NCBI GenBank assembly: GCA_965198235.1 | Contig: OZ240248.1 | Span: 3,264,001 to 3,328,000 of the forward strand | Length of the DNA stretch: 64,000 nucleotides | Source: Candidatus Poribacteria bacterium | Lineage (GTDB): Bacteria; Poribacteria; WGA-4E; WGA-3G | Direction of reading: 5' to 3' | Shown here: in pieces, positions 8,574-16,696 of the stretch | How the letters are laid out: the number at the start of each line of letters is the position of its first letter | How positions within the stretch are numbered: the first letter of the stretch is position 1 | The notes under the pieces: generated by a model | What the model was told of the DNA's origin: nothing | What the model saw: only the letters and a program-made list of their open reading frames with translations | Database searches by the model: none | Program-made: the position numbers and the translations under genes

Positions 8574-10127
8574 ATGCGGTTCACAAAACGGGATTCCTGT
8601 GTATTCTACAAGGAACAGAGGGGTTTATCTCTCGTCTCAACCCTCTGGATACTCACTATTCTGTCTATTCTTGCGGCGCAGTTGCTCTATTCAATCCATA
8701 TAGAACAGCGTACCCAGCGGAATTTCTTGGACAGATCGAAGTTTCACTACGCTGCAAGAGCAGGCTTCGAGTGGACACTCGCCGTTATGCGCGGTGATCA
8801 AACCCCTTTTGACTCACTCGGTGAAACTTGGGCTGAACCGCTCCAAGGGCAGGTTGAGGATGGGATTCAGATTGGCAATTTCTTAAACTACCAAGTGACA
8901 GTTGTAGATGAGGCATCAAAGGTTAATATCAATATCGCCGACGTAGGGCTTGTCAGTAATTTGCTCGCGCAGGCAGGAGCTCCACCAGATGACGCGCTCA
9001 CTGAAGATCTTGCCAACAGAATTGTGGAGGGACGACCGTATCGCACCGTTCGAGATCTCGCTCGGGTCGAAGGCATGACCTCTGAGCTTCTCTACGGCAC
9101 CCAACAGGAAATAGCCGTCAGCGGTCAGCCGTCGGCAGCCAGCGAGAGAACCTCTTTACTGACAACTGACAGCCGACAGCCGACAGCCGTTCCGCAGGGA
9201 CTTGTTGGCTTGGCTACCATCTATTCGGTTGATGCGAGTACAGATCCGAACGGGGAACCGCTTGTAGATATCAATACAGCAGAGGCAGCGGAGCTGACGG
9301 AAATCAATACACAGCAAAATCAACCGGTTTTCACACAAGCCGAGGCGGAATCGCTCATCCAGCAACGTGATTTTGATAAGTTTGCTGCGCTCATGGATGT
9401 CCAAGCAGTTTCCGATGAACTTTTCAACAATATCCGGGACCAATTGACGACTGAAGATACGGGTGAAGGTGTGCAAGAGGAGGAAACCAACAATCCAGAA
9501 GGGAATTTTGTTCCAGCGCAGCGAGGGACACCGCAATCATCGGATGAAAGTGGAAAAGTTAATATCAATACCGCCGATGTCGAAACTTTGCAGTCCTTAG
9601 AAGGCATTGACCAAGGCATTGCCGAACGCATCGTCAACCATCGTGAGGGGCAAGGGCTTTTCCAGAACATTGATGGAATTAAAGAGGTAAAGATGTTGAC
9701 GCAGCAGGAGTTCATCGGCATTGTTGATAAAATAACACTAAAAGATGGAGATACGCGCCAAGGGCTTATCAATATAAACACAGCACCACCTGAGATATTA
9801 GCACTGCTACCGGGGATGGATCCACAAAAGGCACAGGCGATCGTCGAACGCCGTGAACAGGACGTATCCGATGCCTCGCAGGTCCAGAGTTTTACTGAAG
9901 ACGAGGTAAAAGGAAATCCGTTCACTAACATCTCACAACTGTCCCAAGTAGAGGGAATTGACTTTGGAACGTTCCGCGAGGTTGTCGATTGGGTAACCTA
10001 CCGTTCGCACGGGTATCGTATTGAAGCGAATGGTATTGACCTCGCGGGCAAAGTTGTCTCGACCTGTGTCGGCATCATTGATCGGACGGGTGACCAGATA
10101 ATCGTACAATATTGGCAACAGGATTAA
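8574..10127 (+). CDS. gspK: GspK-family minor pseudopilin with multiple helix-hairpin-helix (ComEA-like) modules
   Basis: QRG|LSLVSTLW (lacks Glu5, as expected for GspK); DSLGETWA; VDEASKVNIN; repeated (V/I)(N/D)INTA modules, e.g. ININTAPPEILALLPG. Confidence 0.85.
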   Translation: MRFTKRDSCVFYKEQRGLSLVSTLWILTILSILAAQLLYSIHIEQRTQRNFLDRSKFHYAARAGFEWTLAVMRGDQTPFDSLGETWAEPLQGQVEDGIQIGNFLNYQVTVVDEASKVNINIADVGLVSNLLAQAGAPPDDALTEDLANRIVEGRPYRTVRDLARVEGMTSELLYGTQQEIAVSGQPSAASERTSLLTTDSRQPTAVPQGLVGLATIYSVDASTDPNGEPLVDINTAEAAELTEINTQQNQPVFTQAEAESLIQQRDFDKFAALMDVQAVSDELFNNIRDQLTTEDTGEGVQEEETNNPEGNFVPAQRGTPQSSDESGKVNINTADVETLQSLEGIDQGIAERIVNHREGQGLFQNIDGIKEVKMLTQQEFIGIVDKITLKDGDTRQGLININTAPPEILALLPGMDPQKAQAIVERREQDVSDASQVQSFTEDEVKGNPFTNISQLSQVEGIDFGTFREVVDWVTYRSHGYRIEANGIDLAGKVVSTCVGIIDRTGDQIIVQYWQQD

Positions 10128-10129
10128 TT

Positions 10130-10362
10130 TTTTAATTATGGGCCGCCTGGGCATCGTTCCACTTCGTTTCACGATGGTGTCTGGTAAATTCTGGCGCGAC
10201 TGAGAAGATGTACGGTTTTTAAGAGGGTATCTGGTGAATCCAGAACCCTTTGAGTGCCTGTAGCCGGTTGAAGCAGATCGCTTATGGGCGAATACGCCGC
10301 AAAATTCACCAAAAACCTGCCCGAAACGTAGTGGAGGGCAGCCCAGAGGCAATAAATTAAAA
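10130..10362. repeat. Long inverted-repeat element, copy D
   Basis: Left arm CATCGT-TCCACTTCGTTTC-ACGATG; right arm CTGCCC-GAAACGTAGTGGA-GGGCAG-CCCAGAGGCAATAAATTAAAA directly before the ATG at 10363. Confidence 0.85.
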
Positions 10363-12150
10363 ATGGCAACAAACCGAGTCGTGGCGATAGACATCGGCAC
10401 AACCACAGCGAAAATTGTTCAACTCGAACAATCATCTACAACCGTGCATCTTACTAATGCAAGCGTCGTGACGTATCCAGACAAAGATGACCGGCTGCAG
10501 GTATCTGAATCGGTGAAACACCTCTGGGACTCTTTAGGGAATCTACCGGTGGAAGGTGGTATCCGCTGGCGCAAGCCTATAGAGGCTTGCGGGACAATAT
10601 TCAACCGAAATAAGACAGAAATAGCACTTGCCCTTCCCCGGTCCTTAGTGAATACCAAACGCTTATCCAATTTGCCGGCTGCAACGGATGACCAACTCGC
10701 AAGTATCGTGGCAATCGCTGCGGAAGCCGAACTCCCTTTTCGCATTGAAGAAGCTATCTTCACGTATCATGATGTACACCAAACATCAGAAGCTTCCTCC
10801 GTAGAATTAATATCCACACGGCGAACGACAGTTTCAAACTATTTGGCTCTCCTTGAGCAGATTGGCGTTTCCGTATCGGCAGTTACACCTTCAATGATAG
10901 CCATAGCGGCGGTCGCCGCAAACAGTGGATGCACAAAGCCTACGTTCATTGTTGACATCGGTGCCGAACAAGCAGACTTCTGTTTCATGCAGGATGGGAG
11001 ACTCCGGTTTTCACGGAGTTTCCGTATCGGTGGTAACCATCTCTCTGAACATCTGAGTCGTACTTTGAATATAGATGTTGAAGCGGCAGCGGAGGAAAAA
11101 CGGCACATCTCGGCACGCGAAACGCCTACATATACTTGGACGACCCAGTTTATCAGCGAACTCCGACGTTCTATTGCTGCCGCTACACATTATGAATCGG
11201 AAGTGAACACCGACGGATATCGGGACCTCACCCTATCAGAGACAGAAACTGAACTCTGGTTATGTGGTGGTGGTGCGCGTGTCCCCGACCTCGCATCTAC
11301 TTGTGAAGCGGAACTCAGCATTTCGACACAATTATGGAATCCGCTTCATGCCGTTCAACAGCATGCCGGTATTGATATCCGTCCTATGCGTCCAGATGTA
11401 GCAGCTATTCTTGATGAGTGGGGCGATACCCTTGCTGTCCCTTTAGGTGTAGGACTCAATGCGTTGAAACCGACAGCCCCAGTCTCCTTGTTGCCGCAGG
11501 AGACAGTTGAGACACTCACGCAAACGACACGCCAGCGCCAACTTTTTGCCGCTGTTGGGTTAGGTATTTTGATAATTGGTGGTGTTCTTTTTGGTGGCTA
11601 CATGCTTCAACGCTCACAACAGTATAGAAGCGAAGCAGTAGATGCGCAGCTCAGGTATTACGCGCAACCGATGACTGCTGCGAAAGTACAACTTGGGAAA
11701 GAGTTAGCACTCACCGATATGTTAGCACATCACATCTCGCCACTTGATATTTTGCATGCCCTTAGCGAGATGTTTGGCGATAGGACACAGGTGGCGTGGA
11801 CTAATTTCAATATTACCAATCTTCACGAACCAACGACAGCGCGCATTACATTCAATTTGGAAAGTGCTTCTCATAATGCCATTAATACGCTCTTACGCGC
11901 GCTTGACCGTTCTGGGGTGTTTACCAATGTCCGTCCGGGTGAAGTCACAACGATTTCTCAAAATAGAAAACAGATTTTCCAAGTGCAGATCCGGTGTAAT
12001 CTAACGGCATCCGCTGTGAAAGCATTTGCCAAAAAACGCTATCCCTTGCCCGAACCACGGATTGATGAAGCGGCGGTAAATACGGAACCTTATTTTGTCC
12101 CCCCTATGTTGGAAACCTTTGAAAACGAGATGAACGAAAAAACGAAATAA
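10363..12150 (+). CDS. PilM/GspL-like actin-fold assembly protein fused to a TM and PilN-like periplasmic domain
   Basis: VVAIDIGTTTAKIV, IVDIGA, IGGNHL, LWLCGGGARVP actin-like ATPase motifs, then one TM and a periplasmic domain. Confidence 0.85.
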   Translation: MATNRVVAIDIGTTTAKIVQLEQSSTTVHLTNASVVTYPDKDDRLQVSESVKHLWDSLGNLPVEGGIRWRKPIEACGTIFNRNKTEIALALPRSLVNTKRLSNLPAATDDQLASIVAIAAEAELPFRIEEAIFTYHDVHQTSEASSVELISTRRTTVSNYLALLEQIGVSVSAVTPSMIAIAAVAANSGCTKPTFIVDIGAEQADFCFMQDGRLRFSRSFRIGGNHLSEHLSRTLNIDVEAAAEEKRHISARETPTYTWTTQFISELRRSIAAATHYESEVNTDGYRDLTLSETETELWLCGGGARVPDLASTCEAELSISTQLWNPLHAVQQHAGIDIRPMRPDVAAILDEWGDTLAVPLGVGLNALKPTAPVSLLPQETVETLTQTTRQRQLFAAVGLGILIIGGVLFGGYMLQRSQQYRSEAVDAQLRYYAQPMTAAKVQLGKELALTDMLAHHISPLDILHALSEMFGDRTQVAWTNFNITNLHEPTTARITFNLESASHNAINTLLRALDRSGVFTNVRPGEVTTISQNRKQIFQVQIRCNLTASAVKAFAKKRYPLPEPRIDEAAVNTEPYFVPPMLETFENEMNEKTK

Positions 12151-12191
12151 ACGAACCTGATGATAATTATATGTTTCTAAAGGATTAATCT

Positions 12192-13454
12192 ATGGAACTG
12201 GATCTCCAATTAACACCGCGAAGCCGAATCTTGCTTGGTATTTTAGGTGGAGTACTTTTAATCTTGATCGCCATACAGGGAGGTCCCACTTTTTATCGCT
12301 TGTTTGTGAATCAAGACACAAAAGCGAAACAAGAGCAGTTGTTACAGACTCAAAATTTGGTGCATGTTGCAGAAGTCCTCAAGCCTATCGAATCCGAGAT
12401 TTACAAAGAGACCGGGCTGGCACTTGCTGAGAATCAGCAGGGACTTACGAGTTCGCGAGTTGTCAAGACACTCTTTGATACTGAACTACCGGAAACCGTC
12501 ATTAGATCTCGTATTGATGCGCTCGTGAGACGCGCTGGCATTCAACAGAATTATCAGCTCCTCACGAAGCCCGGAACCACTAAGCAAACGCAGAAGCTGA
12601 CAGCGCAAAATCGAGGAGACCTTGTTCTCTATCTCTACCTTAAGCATATAGAGATGGAGGGAATGGAGCTTACTGAGGTGGCTGAGCAGCAAGCAGAAGA
12701 AGACACCTTCAACATGTTAATGGATGCATGGCTATCGGGGACGGAATCCGATGTAGATGAGAAATCGAGTGAAACAGACGGTTTGATGTCTGGAAACGAG
12801 TCAGCAACAAAAGAGACAGAACTCACGGATACAGCAAAACCGGTGAATTCGATAGATGCCGCAGCACGGTGGAAATTCTCCTCGCTTCCAGAGGTAATAC
12901 CCATCCCTGTTCGAGTCAAACTTACAGCATTTATCAAAAGCATGATAACACAGCAACTTCGGGGTGCGACAGATTCGAGGCAGGATTTCTTTGAGACGCA
13001 GCTCCACAGAGTCAAAACCGCCGCTATACCCGGTATCTTCGGTATCGGTGCAAAGCCCGCTACCGTCGAAATCCAATTGCGAAGGGATAGTGTCCTTTTG
13101 GGAATTCTCGTGCAATCAGGGGAGTCCGTAGATATAGGTGAACTCCAATATGCCCTTGTTAAGTACATTGAGGAGATTCAGCAGCAGCGCGCAACGCTTT
13201 TAGAGCAACTCGCGCTGGCACCACTGACGTATCAAACAGAACGCTATACAGTTGAAATGAAATTCAAAACAGATCTTGAGAAACTCGTTAACTTGAACCA
13301 TCTCATCGAAACGGGTGCCAGATGGCTCACGGTGCGTGATTTACGGATCTCCGCCGATAAGCAAACAGGGGCGCGTCCAGGAGCACGCGGTCGAAATTCT
13401 GAGGGTGGGACAAATTTGAATGTGGACATGCTCCTCATCGCTCGAATATTTTAA
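12192..13454 (+). CDS. Probable GspM/PilO-like membrane assembly protein
   Basis: LTPRSRILLG N-terminal TM; C-terminal YTVEMKFKTDLEKLVNL..IE....L.VRDLRIS PilO/GspM-like fold; operon position. Confidence 0.6.
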   Translation: MELDLQLTPRSRILLGILGGVLLILIAIQGGPTFYRLFVNQDTKAKQEQLLQTQNLVHVAEVLKPIESEIYKETGLALAENQQGLTSSRVVKTLFDTELPETVIRSRIDALVRRAGIQQNYQLLTKPGTTKQTQKLTAQNRGDLVLYLYLKHIEMEGMELTEVAEQQAEEDTFNMLMDAWLSGTESDVDEKSSETDGLMSGNESATKETELTDTAKPVNSIDAAARWKFSSLPEVIPIPVRVKLTAFIKSMITQQLRGATDSRQDFFETQLHRVKTAAIPGIFGIGAKPATVEIQLRRDSVLLGILVQSGESVDIGELQYALVKYIEEIQQQRATLLEQLALAPLTYQTERYTVEMKFKTDLEKLVNLNHLIETGARWLTVRDLRISADKQTGARPGARGRNSEGGTNLNVDMLLIARIF

Positions 13455-13707
13455 ACTATTAGAATCTGGGCACCGCTCCATTACATTACGCGGTGGTTTC
13501 CGGTCAATTTCAACGGGGTCTGAACCCCGTAGAGGTTTTTGCTGTTGGAAGTGCCCGATCCTGATGATCGGAATCAGGCGACTTCTGAGGGATGCTTCTT
13601 CAAAATCCCTGTAGAGCGAGTGGCTATCGTTTAAAAAATCCGTTAACGCACATCAGAAACCTGCCCGTAATGTAATGGAGGGCAGCGCGGAGGCCAATCG
13701 TTTAAAA
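13449..13707. repeat. Long inverted-repeat element, copy E
   Basis: Left arm TTTTAAACTATTAGAATCTGGG-CACCGC-TCCATTACATTAC-GCGGTG; right arm CTGCCC-GTAATGTAATGGA-GGGCAG-CGCGGAGGCCAATCGTTTAAAA. Confidence 0.85.
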
Positions 13708-13723
13708 TAAAGGATTGGATGTT

Positions 13724-16663
13724 ATGCAAGGAAGAAAATTTTCGTTTATTTTACTATTTTGTTTGGGCTTGCTTATTGTTGGGCTTGCTGAGCTTTACGC
13801 ACAAGAGCAGCAACCTACAATGCGTGTCGCCGAAACTGACGAACAAGGGCGCGCAATCCGTTTCGACTTTAACTTTACAAGCCAGGAGTTAAAAGGGCTT
13901 TTTGAATGGCTCTCGCGAGAGGCTGACCTTACAATCATTGCAAGTGAAGAAGACATTAAAGATAAAAAATTCTCACTTATTAACCTCAATAATGTAACGA
14001 TTGAAGAAGTCATTGAGAAAATCAAAACCGTCCTCACCCAATATGACCTCACGCTCATTCAAACTGATAGTACACTCTTAGTCACTACCTTCGCACGCGC
14101 GATAGCAACGAAAGGCGTTGTTAAAAGCATTCCACCAAACCCCGAACGGGTTGACATGACCGACGAGATCCAAACTTATATCATCCAATTAGATACCGTT
14201 GTCGCATCCGAGCAGGTAGATCGACTCAAGCCGCTTCTCAATAAACAGGCAAATATTTTTGCAGATTCCGCTACGAACGCGCTCGTCATCACTGACATCG
14301 CTTCTAATATACACCGTATTGTTTCTATTCTCCAGATTGCAGATGAAGGTGAACGATTCCCTTTAAAGATTCTCATTGTGCCTCTCACTTACGCTGAAGC
14401 CGAGCCGTTGGCACAGACGCTCACAAACGTTTTTCAAGAGGAGGGCGAAGGCGGTGAGGAGGGCAAAGGACAACGCGGTCGGCTCGGTGGGGATGCGGAG
14501 CAAGCAAAAGCCGCAGCATCTCAGATGAAAGCCGATGGCACCGGCTATGAAGTCCTTCAAGGCAGAATTAAGATTATCGCCGACACTAACTCAAATTCAC
14601 TCGTGCTCAAAGCGTCCGAGGCAAATCTTGTTTTCCTCCAAGAAATTATCAAGGAACTCGACATTGCACCCAACGTCAAAACCGAGATACGTACTTTCCG
14701 CCTTAAATACGCAACCGCTGCAGATGTCGCACAAACCCTCCAAGAAGTACTGACCGGTGATAGTCCCGATAATCGACGTAGAATGGACGCTTGGGATCGA
14801 GCGAAATTGAGAAACTATCAACGCGAACAGGGTATTGATACATCCCAAGGCATCGTCGGTGCTGTCAATGTTTCCCATAACGACCGAATCAACGTCGTTG
14901 TCGTTTCATCCGATCCACGCAACTTCTCTATTATTGAGAAGGTAATCAATGAACTTGACCAGGAGCAAACGCAAGAAGAAATTAGACTCTATTTTCTTAA
15001 GTTCGCTGATGCTGAAACCCTTGCCCCGAGTCTGCAAGACCTCTTTGAAGGTGGTAGCACAGGAGCAGACAGGGACCGCCCTTGGTGGCGACGCAGGGAA
15101 CGGGAACCGACTGAAAGCACTGGTTTCGGAGTCCAAGGCGAGGTTCATCTCGTTGCGGATTTACGCCTCAATGCCATTCTCATATCAACGAGTGCGCAAA
15201 ACTTTGAAACCATTGATGCACTCATCAAAAGACTTGATGTCAACATGCCGGACCAGGAGTGGGGTACTCGCATGTATAAACTCAGGTACGCTGACGCAGC
15301 TAACGTTGCGGCTGTCATCAATAACATCTATCAAGGCAGTTCCCAAAACACTGGAAACTTTTTCTTTTTCCTCGCTGAACGACAACGCAATCAAACACAA
15401 GGTTCTCTCGCTGGCAACGTCACTGCCGAATCTTATCCGACGCTCAATGCTGTTATCGTCTCAACCGCCACGCAACGCAACTTTGACCTCATCACGGAGT
15501 TTATTAACTCCATGGATGTCCCCACACCGGCAGGGCAAAAAGAGGTCACTGAAGCAATTCGTCTTGAATATGGGAGTGCAGATCATCTCCAGGAAGTACT
15601 CCAACAGGTTTGGGAGGGAGAGGAAGGTAGCGGTGGTTTTAGCTTTAGCCGTTTCTTTGCGTCCGGTGGCAGACAACAACAGCAAGACATCAACTCCTTA
15701 CGTGGAAAAGTCACCGTCTTTGCTGATGCCGACACGAATTCCCTGATTGTCACGACGCAGCAGCGATACCTCCCAGATATCAAGGCACTCATTAAGAAGT
15801 TAGACTTTGTCCGAGGTCAGGTCTGGATAGACATCCAGATTCTCGAAGTGACGCTCGATGAGACAACTAAACTCGGCATTGAACTGACCGCACAGGAGAA
15901 CAGAATCTTCGGAGTATCTGCAGCCCCCGGTAACCCGCTTATTGGAGAACTTGACTCGCGACTCGGTCTTGAAGCGGAGATTTCAGGGTTTAACCTCGGT
16001 TTGGTAACTAAGGAGTATATGGCACTCCTCCATACCCTGATGCGCGAGAACAAGGTGCAAACCCTTTCGACGCCTTCACTTTTGACCCGTGATAGTTGGA
16101 ATGCCACGTGGAGTAGTGGCAGACGCATACCGTATCTCCAGAGCGTTGATACGACCAGCATCTTAGGTGAAGCTGTCTCACAACCGCTTTTCAACTACGA
16201 TTTCATTGATCCGCCCGTGGGTATCAATATCTCACTCACGCCTTATATCGCCAAGTCACAAGCAGTCGAGGACGGCAAGCGGACTATCGGATTGGATATT
16301 GAGAATATCAGTGCCAGCAACTTCATTGAGTTTACTGATTTCAATGCCCCCATTACCGATGACAACGCCATCAGTGTCTATATTGATGTCGAGGACGGTC
16401 AACAGATTGTCGTCGGTGGCATCATCCGTAAGAAACAGAAGCAGGTAGAGAGCAAACTTCCAATTTTGGGTGATATTCCGTTCATCGGCAGACTCTTCAA
16501 AAACACCGAAACCGCTGTCGAGGATGCTGAGATTGTTATTATCATTACGCCGCACATTGTAGACATCAAGAATCCTGAGGACCTCGAGAAACTCAAGGAG
16601 AAAGCGGACAATTGGCAGAATAACGGTCCTACCCAAATGGAGACGGAGACACCAGAGAAGTAG
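13724..16663 (+). CDS. gspD: Type II secretion secretin GspD (extended, multiple N domains)
   Basis: Signal peptide; repeated L.YA.A...A..L and D.R.N.L.V N-domains; QVWIDIQILEV, LSTPSLLT, DGQQIVVGG, KLPILGDIPFIGRLFK, IIITPHIV. Confidence 0.93.
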   Translation: MQGRKFSFILLFCLGLLIVGLAELYAQEQQPTMRVAETDEQGRAIRFDFNFTSQELKGLFEWLSREADLTIIASEEDIKDKKFSLINLNNVTIEEVIEKIKTVLTQYDLTLIQTDSTLLVTTFARAIATKGVVKSIPPNPERVDMTDEIQTYIIQLDTVVASEQVDRLKPLLNKQANIFADSATNALVITDIASNIHRIVSILQIADEGERFPLKILIVPLTYAEAEPLAQTLTNVFQEEGEGGEEGKGQRGRLGGDAEQAKAAASQMKADGTGYEVLQGRIKIIADTNSNSLVLKASEANLVFLQEIIKELDIAPNVKTEIRTFRLKYATAADVAQTLQEVLTGDSPDNRRRMDAWDRAKLRNYQREQGIDTSQGIVGAVNVSHNDRINVVVVSSDPRNFSIIEKVINELDQEQTQEEIRLYFLKFADAETLAPSLQDLFEGGSTGADRDRPWWRRREREPTESTGFGVQGEVHLVADLRLNAILISTSAQNFETIDALIKRLDVNMPDQEWGTRMYKLRYADAANVAAVINNIYQGSSQNTGNFFFFLAERQRNQTQGSLAGNVTAESYPTLNAVIVSTATQRNFDLITEFINSMDVPTPAGQKEVTEAIRLEYGSADHLQEVLQQVWEGEEGSGGFSFSRFFASGGRQQQQDINSLRGKVTVFADADTNSLIVTTQQRYLPDIKALIKKLDFVRGQVWIDIQILEVTLDETTKLGIELTAQENRIFGVSAAPGNPLIGELDSRLGLEAEISGFNLGLVTKEYMALLHTLMRENKVQTLSTPSLLTRDSWNATWSSGRRIPYLQSVDTTSILGEAVSQPLFNYDFIDPPVGINISLTPYIAKSQAVEDGKRTIGLDIENISASNFIEFTDFNAPITDDNAISVYIDVEDGQQIVVGGIIRKKQKQVESKLPILGDIPFIGRLFKNTETAVEDAEIVIIITPHIVDIKNPEDLEKLKEKADNWQNNGPTQMETETPEK

Positions 16664-16696
16664 GCGTTGCGAAAACAAGCAAACTGGAGATTTTTG

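Noticed and set aside
5426-13707. T2SS intergenic elements as a CRISPR array or classical integron attC sites
   Set aside because: The repeats are inverted pairs separated by whole genes, not direct repeats with 30-40 bp spacers. The ends fit RYYYAAC/GTTRRRY poorly, no integrase or cas gene is in the window, and the genes form a coherent operon.
14949-15746. 265-aa alternative-frame ORF inside gspD
   Set aside because: Fully nested in a well-supported gene, Ser/Leu/Arg-rich and motif-free; a shadow ORF.
2312-16663. Type IVa pilus rather than T2SS
   Set aside because: The major pilin has clear GspG motifs, a GspK is present, and no PilT retraction ATPase is present.
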